In this document: positions 1 to 10,011 of the stretch, in pieces
How positions within the stretch are numbered: the first letter of the stretch is position 1
Layout of the letters: every line of letters begins with the position of its first letter
Assembly (NCBI GenBank): GCA_965262115.1
Contig: OZ253496.1
Span: forward strand, 160,001-224,000
Reading direction: 5' to 3'
Length of the DNA stretch: 64,000 nucleotides
Source of the DNA: Nitrospinales bacterium
GTDB taxonomy: Bacteria > Nitrospinota > Nitrospinia > Nitrospinales > VA-1
Notes under the pieces: model-generated
What the model was told of the DNA's origin: nothing
What the model saw: the letters and a program-made list of their open reading frames with translations, nothing else
The model's database searches: none
Program-made: the position numbers and the translations under genes

Positions 1-1915
1 GTCTGATGCGTATGCTGACGGTGTCTGGGGCGGAACTCAGCATCTGTTCGTCAGTGACGGTCAGGCTGAAGGTCAACTCGGACAAGGACGTATCTGCCGG
101 CACGGTGAAGGTCGGTCTGACACCAGTCAGGCTGATGGCCTCCTCGCCCGCTGGAATCCTGCCGGTCTGCATCCACAGATAGGTGAGATTCTCGGCCTCG
201 CCATCGGGATCAGAACTGCCGTTGCCGTCCAAGGTAACTTCAGCCCCCCTGGCTACACTCTGATTTGGTCCGGCATTGGCAATGGGGGGCTCCGCCGAAC
301 TGACGCTGATGGTGAAACTCCGGGTATCCGTGTTGCCACCCAGATCAGTCACCGTCAGTGTCAGGGTGATCTCACCCGAGGTCAAGGGCGCAGTCCAGAT
401 GGTGCTGGCCGCGCTCGCATCGGCAAACTGACCCACATCGGGCATTGCACTCCAGGCATAGAGCTCAACACATCGCGTGGGTCAGGATCGCTGCTACCAG
501 AGCCATCCAGCGTAACGCTGCCACCGGCGTTGCGCGACTTGATCCGGTAGGTGTAGGCCAGCCCCGGCGCGGCGGTGTCATCGGTGTAGCTCAACAGTGT
601 CAGGTTGTCGGAGTGGAGGGGTTGAAAATCCTCCGCCTCACCCAGACTACGAGACACCCGGTAACCGGTAAAGGTAAAACCTGTGGTTTCCGGGCTTGCC
701 CAGGTCAGGACAACGACACCATTCTGCTCGACGGCAGTCAGATTTTGTACCGCACTCGGTGGCGTAACGGGAAACCCGCCCACAATAGCAGTAACCGCGT
801 CGGACCACGCTCCTCTCAGCTCACCGTTGAGCGCCCGTACCCGGTAGGTGTACATCCCACTTCCCACAGCATCAGAGAGGATCTCGCCAAAACGGGCAGA
901 GATGGCGCTGTGAATCCCGCTACCAAAAGTACCGCCGTCAGAAGCACTGCCGGCGCGGCGCTGGATCTCGTAGCCGGTGATAGTCCCTGTCGGTCTCTCC
1001 CAGCGTAGTTCGACAACACGATCCGTTTGTCTGCTGGCCTGCACACCGGTCACCTGGGGCGGGGGTATCAGGATCAGGGTCGACGGTGATGCTGACCTCT
1101 GCGGTATCCGTGCCGCTAGTATTGTGCGCGGTAATGGTGTAGACGACCGCTATAGCCGCAGCAGTGGGCGTACCGGAGATGGCACCAGTGTCAGTGTCGA
1201 ATATCAGGCCATTGCCAATGGCCGGACTGATGCTGTAACGCGCTACCGTACCGCACGCACTTGAATCTATGGTTACCGCCGTGATTCTGTCGCCTGCTAC
1301 TGCGGTAAACATGCTGGTGCTGGCCATGATGACCGGAGTAGCTAAAAGGGTGACACCCGGATCCAATTTGGGGTTTGTGGAGGCGGGTAGATCGGAAAAT
1401 ATTTCAGCAGGCAGGATAGTGAACGGGTTCCTACGCAAATCCAGGGTTGTCAACGCAGACAGGCCGGAAAACACCTCCTCTGGCAGGGTGGTAAATTGGT
1501 TGCTACGCAAATCCAGATCTGTCAACGTGGATAGGCCGGAAAACACCTCCTCTGGCAGGGTCTCTAGTCGGCTGTCGTCAAAGCGCAGGGTTGTCAACGC
1601 AGACAGGCCATCAAAGTCGCCTGCTTTCAGGCTGGTAATCGACTGGCCATTTAAGTTTAAGCTCATAATGGCCGCCAGATGTGCGGCAGTGATGTCGGCG
1701 CAGTCGCCTATGTCGTCTGTGGCGGCGACAATGGCATCGTGAACCTGTGCAGTGCGCGTGCATATTCCAGTCGTTACATCGTTATGGTCAGCATCAGCCG
1801 ACTGCACAATAAACAGCAGGGCGAGGAGCGTTGCGGCAAAAACCCGGATCAGGGACAGACATGAAGCCAGGAAACAACGAGGGACTTTCTTCGGCGGCAC
1901 GGGGTTTCTCACCAT
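1..1915 (-). pseudogene. GC-rich secreted adhesin-like protein (signal peptide, LRR, putative Ig/He_PIG, 2x FN3, PKD-like repeats), frameshifted at about 1060 and 462; continues beyond window start
   Basis: ORFs 938..2035 (LRR LxxLPEEVFSGL, He_PIG AISGTPT) and 382..1053 (FN3) join across a frameshift. A third frame continues YAWSAMPDVG...PIANAGPNQSV..VTLDGNGSSDPDG to base 1. Likely ATG at 1915 precedes a signal-like peptide. Confidence 0.75.
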
Positions 1916-1929
1916 ACCGTTGCGGCCAA

Positions 1930-1948
1930 CCCCCCCCCCCCCCCCCCC
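1930..1948. repeat. C19 (G19 on coding strand) homopolymer
   Basis: 19 consecutive C about 15 nt upstream of the likely adhesin start codon. Confidence 0.9.
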
Positions 1949-2100
1949 AACGGGGCAAAGCGGGACGTGGGTCGCGCTGAGACCCTCACAGCATGGCTTC
2001 TTGTCTAATGCGATATGATAATCTGGTGTTAGCATAATAATTATCCTTAAAAAAAATAAAGTAGCGCACTGGGGGGTTTATCAGCCGCTTACAACTCAAG

Positions 2101-3627
2101 TCATATTTCGCACAACTCCATCAATGTGGCGGTCCCCGGCAGGTAGGAAGCCATGTCTCCTTTGGCTTTTCCTTTTAAAAACCCTTGAAGGAACTCCAGA
2201 GAAGCCCCTCCGCCAGTGGAGACAAAGAAATTGCTGGAAAAATAATTCCACAGTTGATAAGAATCATTTTCAAGGAAGTCGATGGATATCTGGTTTCGAT
2301 TGATGGTCGAGGGAAAATGTTTTTCAATCTGGACCTTGATCATTTTTTTCAATTCGGTGATTCCTATTTTGTTCAAGATCGCGGCGGAATCTCCCCCGCC
2401 AATAACTACGGACAATTTGGGGTTGCTCAGGGACATCTGAAAAAGCAATTTGGCTAATTCCAGAGAACCTTCCGCGTAATAGCTGCATGCAGGATGATCG
2501 TAGGCTCCCAGAGGCCCGTTCCAGAAAACATTTTTAATATCTTTAAAAAGGTTTTCAAACTGGCTGATGGTTTTTTCGCCTAAATCGAGCTGGAGCTCTT
2601 TGGAAAAGTCGGGGGTTGTTTTATTTTCAAAAATAGTGCTCTGATAATCCGTGACGACTTTGTAATCTTCAGGGAGGAGCAGATTGACCTTGTTGATTTC
2701 AGCAAGTTCAATGATTTCTTCGGCCAGGCTGATTTCTTTCAGGAGCTCTTCGTTTTCGGTTTCCTTTTGGCTTAGCAGTTTTGAGGGCAATGTGTCTTTC
2801 TGAAAAGGTTGCAGCAATTCCTTTTGCTGTTGCACCAGGAGGAAAGCATTGGCCATTTTCCCCCCGATTAAAATACTTTTGATTCCGGTAGCGACAAATT
2901 GTTTTAAAATCTCAATTTTGTCAGATATTTTTGCCCCGCCTGCTACAATCAGCGTTTTTTTAGGCTGGGACAGTATTCTGTCGGCGAATTTTCCAATACG
3001 ATTGATCTCTTCATAGAGAAGAACGCCGGCAACTACCAGTTTCCCCTTTTGTCGCATCAGCTGAGGCAAAAGTTTAATGCTTTTTGTAACGCGATGACTG
3101 CAGCCGAACGCGCAATTCACATAGACATCAGCAATATCTGCCAATTTGGTGATGGTTTCGGTGCGGTATAAATCTGTATTTGTTGGATCCAAAAGATAAC
3201 GCAAATTGGGAAGAAACTTGATTCCTCCCGGTGGAAGACGCTTATGTGCAACGATTTCCAGAGAATGTTGCATGTGGGCATCAATTGTTTCAGGGGGAAA
3301 GATGGTGTAGGTGTCCCCATAAATTCTTCGGATCAAAGTATCGAAGTGAGAGGAAACAAACTGGATATTGAAGATGCCATCCCAGCCGGAATGATCTTTC
3401 GTTTTATGAGGCCGACCAAGGTGTGAACCGATGATGATTCGACAGTCTCCTTCTGTCAACTCGTGGATTTTTCTGAATGTGAGGTCCAGAAAACGCCGGA
3501 TTCGGGTATCGTCCGCAACCCGATATAGTCCTTTTGCGGTGGACCGCAGGGGAACGTTAAAATCGCACCGGATAAAAATGGTCTTGCCTCTTAAATCAGC
3601 AGGTTTCAACTTGCCTAGCTGGGTCAT
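2101..3627 (-). CDS. pgk: Phosphoglycerate kinase (long, divergent)
   Basis: RCDFNVP, SHLGRP, GGAKISDK, FWNGPLG, GGGDS and STGGGASLEFL motifs; start uncertain (3627 or 3663). Confidence 0.88.
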   Translation of the reverse strand: MTQLGKLKPADLRGKTIFIRCDFNVPLRSTAKGLYRVADDTRIRRFLDLTFRKIHELTEGDCRIIIGSHLGRPHKTKDHSGWDGIFNIQFVSSHFDTLIRRIYGDTYTIFPPETIDAHMQHSLEIVAHKRLPPGGIKFLPNLRYLLDPTNTDLYRTETITKLADIADVYVNCAFGCSHRVTKSIKLLPQLMRQKGKLVVAGVLLYEEINRIGKFADRILSQPKKTLIVAGGAKISDKIEILKQFVATGIKSILIGGKMANAFLLVQQQKELLQPFQKDTLPSKLLSQKETENEELLKEISLAEEIIELAEINKVNLLLPEDYKVVTDYQSTIFENKTTPDFSKELQLDLGEKTISQFENLFKDIKNVFWNGPLGAYDHPACSYYAEGSLELAKLLFQMSLSNPKLSVVIGGGDSAAILNKIGITELKKMIKVQIEKHFPSTINRNQISIDFLENDSYQLWNYFSSNFFVSTGGGASLEFLQGFLKGKAKGDMASYLPGTATLMELCEI

Positions 3628-3980
3628 TCCTATCGAATTATTGGAGCCTGAGCCGACCATCATGGTGTTCTATTAGTGAAGCATGGAAGGTTGAAAATCG
3701 GTTGTTTTTGGCAGCAAATGCATCAATTCTGCCATATAATTTTTGGGTCACGACCCCTTCCTTTCAATTTAATAAGAATATTTTCATTCTCTCGGGTAAA
3801 AATGATATAGTGTAGGCCTAGAGGCTTGATTTTAAAATAATAATTTTTGCCGGAATCAACCGGCTTTAGCCATGAGCGAGTTTCTATTGTTCCCCTTTTT
3901 AGAGAAATTTATACCAACAAAAGATTTATGGTTTTTATCGAAATTTAAAAAGAGCCTGGATAACATTTTTATAGACTTTC

Positions 3981-4139
3981 TGACAGGAACAACCAACCCT
4001 AAAACACAGATTTCTTCGTTACTCTACCGAGACCGACAGCCTGTGATCCCGACCGAAAAATTGTAAAGGTTAATTTTCCGTATAGCAACCTTTTAAATGC
4101 TTGCCCGGTCTTAAAACCTGCCGTTGGTTGTACCTGCCA
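3981..4139 (+). promoter_or_regulatory. Predicted structured 5' leader of rne
   Basis: Three nested helices: 3981-3997/4123-4139, 4029-4035/4106-4112 and 4065-4071/4087-4093. Confidence 0.55.
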
Positions 4140-4162
4140 AACAAAGTCAGAAAGAATTTATA

Positions 4163-6094
4163 ATGAGAAAAACTAAAACTGCAAAAAAAGTAATGCTGAT
4201 CAATGCCCAGCATCCTGAAGAATGCCGGGCTGTTGTTTTGGACAATAATATCATTGATGACTACATCGTCGAGCATTCCTCCCGGGAGCAAATTAAAGGG
4301 AATATTTATTCAGGAGTGATCAACCGGGTCGAGCCTTCCATTGAAGCGGCTTTTGTCGATTTTGGTGGCAAGAAATACGGTTTTCTGCCCTTCAAGGATG
4401 TCTTGAAAGAATCCTATGTGCATACTGGCGAAAAAAAGGCAAAAATTAGGATTCAGGATGTTATAATCCGTGGTCAGCGCATTGTGGTTCAGGTTGCGAA
4501 AGAGAGCAGGGATGCCAAAGGTCCCTCACTGACCAATGCGATAAGTTTGGCTGGCAGGTTTTTGGTTTTGATGCAGGGACAGGGGAGTGCGGTATCTCGC
4601 AAAATTGAGGATGAAAGCGAAAGGAAAAAACTCAAGGATATCGTTGCCGGTTTGGAATTGCCGGAGTACCTGGGAGTGATCATTCGTACTGCCGGTGTAG
4701 GACAGACCAAGGTCGAATTGCAGAAAGATTTGCAGATGTTGCTGAAAATCTGGAACAAAGTTGAAGACGCGCCGAAAAATGAATCTGCATCGGGTCCGTT
4801 TTTAATTTATCAGGAGCCGGGTTTGGTGGTCAGGACGGTTCGAGACCATTTCAGCAGTGATACCTCCCAGATCATTGTGGATAACACGGATTCTTATAAA
4901 GCTTTAAAGGATTTTATAAAGCTGGTCATGCCCCGCAACCGAAACCTGGTTAAGCTCTACAAGGAAACGAAGCCTCTTTTCTCTGAGTACAATGTTGAGG
5001 AACAGATTGAATCGATTTACCAGCGCAAGGTTTTATTGCCTTCTGGTGGTTCCATTGTGATCGATATTGGAGAGGCGATGGTTTCTATCGACGTCAACTC
5101 CGGTAAAACCAAAGGCGGCCTGGATCTGGAAGAAACAGCGGTGACGACGAATCTTGAAGCGGCCAAGGAAGTTGCCCGACAACTCAGGTTGAGGGATCTG
5201 GGAGGGCTGATTGTCATTGATTTTATCGATATGTACCAGAAAAAAAACAAGGCCGCTGTTGAAAAACTGATGAAGCAAGAGTGCAAAACGGATAAGGCAA
5301 GAATCAACCTTGCCAGAATTTCCAAGTTTGGTTTACTCGAAATGTCCCGGCAACGGATTTCACCTCCTGTCAAGGAAGGGGTTTTTGCGCAATGCGACCA
5401 TTGTGCGGGGTCGGGGTTGGTGCGTTCAGTGGACTCTATAATCCTGAATGTTCTACGGAAAATTCATGAGATCATTGCAACAGGAAAAGTGAAAGTCCTC
5501 ACTCTGGAAGTATCCCCGGAAATTTCTAATTATATCTTGAATCATAAAGTCGACGTTCTGGCAGATTTGAAAACCAAACATTTGGTTACTTTCCGATTTC
5601 AGATCAAAGATGGTTTGGGTTATAAAGATTTCAAATATACAGTGTCCGAAGTCTGGGAGGCTGAGAGCGTTCAGGATAAAAAATCTACCGAAAAACCTGT
5701 TGAGTCTCCCGAATCCAGCGAAAGGGCTGGACCCGCTGCTCAAGTTGAAGGCGGGCCGGAGGAGTCAGAAAAGAAGGGGGCCGCAGATGCCAAGCCCAAC
5801 ACGAGAAGAAAATATGCTAATCGAAGACCTTCCACTCGGCGGGGGAGGCCTCAGAGGGGAAGACGTCGGCGTCCCTACGCAGGGAAAAAGACCGAGGGAG
5901 CATCGGTTGATAATGCCAGCTCGGAACCGAAGAATGAGGCCGGCTCGGGAAACAATGATTTTTTAAAAAGTGATATTCCCGGCGACATCAAATCGCCAAT
6001 GCCTCCATTGCCGAGACCTTTTGTGAGAGAAAGTCAGGAGGAGCCCCAGGTATCTAATGAACCGGCTTCTCCAACAGATGTGGCAGGGGACTGA
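4163..6094 (+). CDS. rne: Ribonuclease E/G family with Arg-rich disordered C-terminus
   Basis: GNIYSGVINRVEPSIEAAFVD, IDVNSG and RQLRLRDLGGLIVIDFIDM motifs; CxxC Zn-link. Confidence 0.95.
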   Translation: MRKTKTAKKVMLINAQHPEECRAVVLDNNIIDDYIVEHSSREQIKGNIYSGVINRVEPSIEAAFVDFGGKKYGFLPFKDVLKESYVHTGEKKAKIRIQDVIIRGQRIVVQVAKESRDAKGPSLTNAISLAGRFLVLMQGQGSAVSRKIEDESERKKLKDIVAGLELPEYLGVIIRTAGVGQTKVELQKDLQMLLKIWNKVEDAPKNESASGPFLIYQEPGLVVRTVRDHFSSDTSQIIVDNTDSYKALKDFIKLVMPRNRNLVKLYKETKPLFSEYNVEEQIESIYQRKVLLPSGGSIVIDIGEAMVSIDVNSGKTKGGLDLEETAVTTNLEAAKEVARQLRLRDLGGLIVIDFIDMYQKKNKAAVEKLMKQECKTDKARINLARISKFGLLEMSRQRISPPVKEGVFAQCDHCAGSGLVRSVDSIILNVLRKIHEIIATGKVKVLTLEVSPEISNYILNHKVDVLADLKTKHLVTFRFQIKDGLGYKDFKYTVSEVWEAESVQDKKSTEKPVESPESSERAGPAAQVEGGPEESEKKGAADAKPNTRRKYANRRPSTRRGRPQRGRRRRPYAGKKTEGASVDNASSEPKNEAGSGNNDFLKSDIPGDIKSPMPPLPRPFVRESQEEPQVSNEPASPTDVAGD

Positions 6095-6101
6095 ACCCTT
6101 C

Positions 6102-6833
6102 TCAGGCAGTTTTTGCGCAACGAAAACCGGTGTCCCAGAACCTCATTTCAGGGGGTGAAATATTCCGGTAGGGAAGCATTGTGAACTCTTTCATAAAGCC
6201 GTGCTTGCGTTTATGAATCGAGCCTCCGCGCGTGACCTTGAACTTTTTACCGTAATTTTTATCATGGTGATTGGAGTTGGGGTAGGGTTGGTACCAGCTT
6301 GAAGTCCATTCCGAGACATTGCCGTTCATTCCCCAGATACGATAACTACTGACATCTCCCTTGAGAGAATTTACGGGCAGGACTTGTTTGCCGAAATTAG
6401 CGGTGCCCTTTTCGAAATCGTTGCCCCATACGAAAAGTCGATTGTCGCTACCGCGACCCGCCTTTTCCCATTCGTATTCTGTCGGCAGGCGTTTGTCGAT
6501 CCAATGACAATAGGCTTCGGCCTCATATCCGCTGACACCGCGGACGGGTAAATTCGTTTGCCGGGTTGGATATTTGGCCTGAGGCTTGAACTTCATAAAC
6601 TCTTCATAGGTCACTTCAAATTGATCTATATAAAAGGCTTTTAAAAAATACTGTTGCTCGGGCTGGGCGTTGAGGGAGGCCGTTTTGTCTGACATGAACT
6701 GCAGGAGATTGCTTTGAGGATTAAGCCCCAGAGTGAATTTGCCTTCGGGAATAAGAATCATTGTGGCATGTTTCTCACTCTCGCAAGAAACAAGAAATAT
6801 TAAAGCAAGTAAAATGGAGAATAATTTATTCAA
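6102..6833 (-). CDS. Formylglycine-generating enzyme (SUMF1)-family lipoprotein
   Basis: Lipobox LVSC; RLPTEYEWEKA, MNGNVSEW and GFRC motifs. Confidence 0.88.
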   Translation of the reverse strand: MNKLFSILLALIFLVSCESEKHATMILIPEGKFTLGLNPQSNLLQFMSDKTASLNAQPEQQYFLKAFYIDQFEVTYEEFMKFKPQAKYPTRQTNLPVRGVSGYEAEAYCHWIDKRLPTEYEWEKAGRGSDNRLFVWGNDFEKGTANFGKQVLPVNSLKGDVSSYRIWGMNGNVSEWTSSWYQPYPNSNHHDKNYGKKFKVTRGGSIHKRKHGFMKEFTMLPYRNISPPEMRFWDTGFRCAKTA

Positions 6834-7542
6834 TTATTTTTTCTGGAGATCGGGCATTCTTTGCAAGACGGGTGTCGGGAAATATTTTAGAACCGGGTTC
6901 AGCTAAAATATATTCAATCGTGAGGCAGGCCGCTTGTTCCCGGGTGCACATCATGGAACGGCATTCCTGATCCTTCTGGCCGCAGTAGTAGTTCAGAATC
7001 CTCATTTTCATAAAGATGCCATTGTTTAATTTTAGTGCGTAAACGTTTCTCTTGGATTCGATGTTGTGGGTTCTTGTGCGGTAATTGTACCAGCCTGCCA
7101 ATTCCTTGTTGATTAAATTGCCTAGTGACCGGTGGTCTTGCACATAGCCAGTTTTAGGAGCGGTTTTAACATCGTCAAAGTTGATGGGGCCGAGGTTGAT
7201 GACTCCGGTTTTCCCCGACGGGTTGGTTTTCCCACCATTGGAGATGATTTTTGTCCGGCTGAACCCTAAGTCCCAACCCACCCGATTCAATTTATTTGTT
7301 TCCGCTTCGGCTTCAGAAATTTTCAGGGTTTTTCCAGAGCTGAACTCCACTAACACCCAAGTGTTTCTTTCTTTGGCATTAACCTTGATAATGGGATTGT
7401 TAGTGCTGATCTTTTTGATCTTTTTCGGAGGAAGTGGAACAGTTTCAAAATCTGCTATATTGTCCTCCATATAATTCAGGGTGGTGTGAAACAAGAGGGT
7501 CGCTCCGAGGAGCATTAAGAATATACGTGGTGTGGGGTTCAT
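6826..7542 (-). CDS. HmuY-family (heme-binding-like) protein
   Basis: WDLGFSRTKIISNGG, WYNY and KMRILNYY motifs; N-terminal anchor. Confidence 0.75.
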   Translation of the reverse strand: MNPTPRIFLMLLGATLLFHTTLNYMEDNIADFETVPLPPKKIKKISTNNPIIKVNAKERNTWVLVEFSSGKTLKISEAEAETNKLNRVGWDLGFSRTKIISNGGKTNPSGKTGVINLGPINFDDVKTAPKTGYVQDHRSLGNLINKELAGWYNYRTRTHNIESKRNVYALKLNNGIFMKMRILNYYCGQKDQECRSMMCTREQAACLTIEYILAEPGSKIFPDTRLAKNARSPEKIIE

Positions 7543-7734
7543 AGGCCTATTTTAACATAGCCTCTTGCTGGCATTTTCGGTTAAACCTGGAAAACCAAGG
7601 CATATTATCGATTATTAATTGTCTGTCAGAATAATACAGCTATTTATAATAAATACAATAGCTTGTGAAAACCTTTGCTTTTACTGTTTTTTCCTTTAAT
7701 GTATAATTGGATTATGGGCATAAAAAGGCAAAAA

Positions 7735-8370
7735 ATGGGTGACGAGAGACATTTTGAATTTAAAAAAGTACAAATCGATAATTTTTTAAAGGTAGAATTA
7801 AAAAAAAAATTCAAAAGTAGCGCTAAAATTTCCCTCCGAAAAAGACAGAAATTTATAGGGGAGGTGACCCGCAAAATTGCCAAGCGGTTTGGCAAAGATG
7901 TGTTGGTGCTGATTGACTTCTCGAAAAATGGTTTTTGTGCTGTAGTTTCCCCAGCCCAAACAGAATCGACCGAAAAGGGAAAGCTGATTAGATCCTTTTC
8001 TCATCCCCATGTATTTTATACCTCGCATTGCGTCGATCGTTTCAGCGAAAGAACGCAATCCCATGAGAATTGTGTTATCACGCTGGATGCATTTTTCAAT
8101 AAGGCGCTATCCACTTATGGGGAAAATGATGGGTTTCTGACTTGTCCTGATGGGGTTTTTGCATATGATTTAATTGAAGAACGCCTGATTGTAAAAACCT
8201 ATATTAATTTAGACCTTTTATCTGACGACCAGATAAAGCAGTTTTATGGTTCTGGCATGATTTCAATGCTTCCCAAGGAATACGCTACAGAGGATGTCTT
8301 TGGCGCGGATTTTATTCTTGGGGATGAACACGATGAGTTTTTAGACAAACCTGGTAATGAGAGCCTTTAG
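7735..8370 (+). CDS. Hypothetical protein
   Basis: Long ORF; no recognised family. Confidence 0.7.
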   Translation: MGDERHFEFKKVQIDNFLKVELKKKFKSSAKISLRKRQKFIGEVTRKIAKRFGKDVLVLIDFSKNGFCAVVSPAQTESTEKGKLIRSFSHPHVFYTSHCVDRFSERTQSHENCVITLDAFFNKALSTYGENDGFLTCPDGVFAYDLIEERLIVKTYINLDLLSDDQIKQFYGSGMISMLPKEYATEDVFGADFILGDEHDEFLDKPGNESL

Positions 8371-8440
8371 ACCGACACCGCATTTTTTATTTCTTCATAT
8401 TTTTACCACCTGAAATATCCATCTCAATTTTATTCAGAGA

Positions 8441-9097
8441 ATGATCCAGTTATTCAATGTTATTAAAAAATATGGCAGTGGTAGTCCAGCACTGGATGAT
8501 ATCTCTCTCAGAATTGAAAAGGGAGAGTTCGTATTTTTAACGGGTCCGAGTGGAGCTGGAAAAACGACCATTCTGAAAATTCTTTTCGGATGGGAACATT
8601 TTGAGGAGGGTCAGGTTTTGGTGCAGGGAATCAACGTTGGGAAGCTGAATGCGGGAAATATGCATATTCTAAGGCGATCCGTCGGGGTGATTTTTCAAGA
8701 TTATAAGCTTCTGGCCAATAAAACAGCCTTTGAAAATGTTGCGTTTGCCCAAGAAGTCACGAACCGCAATCGAAAAACAATTAAATTTAAAACATGGGAG
8801 GTTCTAAAGAATGTAGGGCTGACTTCCAAAAAGGATTCCTTTCCTCCCCAGCTTTCCGGAGGAGAGCAACAACGCGTGGCCATTGCCCGGGCGATGGTGA
8901 ATGCCCCCAAAATCATTTTAGCCGATGAACCCACCGGTAATCTGGATGAGGAAATTTCTCTTGAGATTTTAAAGCTTTTTGAAGAGCTGAACCGCAATGG
9001 AGCGACCATTGTATTTGCAACGCACAGTCAGGATATTTTGAAATTGGGAAATCATCGAGTTGTTGTTTTCAATCGCGGAAAGGTTATCTCATCGTGA
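8441..9097 (+). CDS. ftsE: Cell division ATP-binding protein FtsE
   Basis: [17 protein letters not shown] and DEPTGNLD motifs; upstream of ftsX. Confidence 0.95.
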   Translation: MIQLFNVIKKYGSGSPALDDISLRIEKGEFVFLTGPSGAGKTTILKILFGWEHFEEGQVLVQGINVGKLNAGNMHILRRSVGVIFQDYKLLANKTAFENVAFAQEVTNRNRKTIKFKTWEVLKNVGLTSKKDSFPPQLSGGEQQRVAIARAMVNAPKIILADEPTGNLDEEISLEILKLFEELNRNGATIVFATHSQDILKLGNHRVVVFNRGKVISS

Positions 9098-10011
9098 ACT
9101 CAATAATCCAAGCGTTGTTAATTGGTTTTCTGGCAACGATTGCGAATGTTCGTGCGAATGTGCAAACCTTCCTGATTTCCGTTATGACCATTGCTATTTC
9201 GATAGGAATTTTTGGGCTTTTCCTTATTATATTTTTTAACTTGAATGGATTTTTGGCGAGCTGGAATCAGCAGGTTCAATTAATCGTTTACTTGCAGGAC
9301 GATATATCACGCGCCCAAAAAGGGAATCTGGAAGACCTGTTTAAAACCAATTCAAGGGTTCAATCGACGGAAGAAGTTACCAAAGATCAGGCCTGGCAGG
9401 AATTCAGGCTCAGCCAAGCGGAGAAATCAGGTTTGGAGCTTGACCTGGGTTTTAATCCGCTACCCGGTTCTTACAGAGTTCGTTTTAAGATGTCTGATAA
9501 CCGCCTGTTGCATATCAGCAAATTTGCGGAAAAAATCCAGAGTGAGCCAGGTGTTGAATCCGTGGAATATGGCAAAATCTGGATCAGTCGTTTTGAAAAG
9601 TTTATAGTTTTCTGCCGCGTTTTTCTGATGGCGACAGGGGCTTTGCTAAGTTTTGGGTTGATACTGATTATTTCTAACACCATTCGACTTTCCATTTACT
9701 CCCGGCAGGATGAGATTGAATTGATGCTGTTAATCGGAGCGACTCCCCAGTTTGTCAAGATCCCTTTTTTGCTGGAAGGAATGTTGCAGGGCTTGTCAGG
9801 TTCCTTGCTTTCCCTGGGGTTGATGGGGATTATTTATTATTACTTAAGGAACGAATTCCAAACTTCCATAGAGTCCATTGCGAGGGGAATGGACTTTCAG
9901 TTTATCCCAGAGCCATTTCTGTTAATTCTTGTTGGATCGAGTGTGTTGATTGGATTGGTTGCCAGCTATATCTCGACCTATCAATATATGCAGGTTTTAA
10001 ATAGAAGATGA
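9094..10011 (+). CDS. ftsX: Cell division permease FtsX
   Basis: NPLP, ISNTIRLSIYSR and FLLEG motifs; TM helices. Confidence 0.93.
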   Translation: MNSIIQALLIGFLATIANVRANVQTFLISVMTIAISIGIFGLFLIIFFNLNGFLASWNQQVQLIVYLQDDISRAQKGNLEDLFKTNSRVQSTEEVTKDQAWQEFRLSQAEKSGLELDLGFNPLPGSYRVRFKMSDNRLLHISKFAEKIQSEPGVESVEYGKIWISRFEKFIVFCRVFLMATGALLSFGLILIISNTIRLSIYSRQDEIELMLLIGATPQFVKIPFLLEGMLQGLSGSLLSLGLMGIIYYYLRNEFQTSIESIARGMDFQFIPEPFLLILVGSSVLIGLVASYISTYQYMQVLNRR

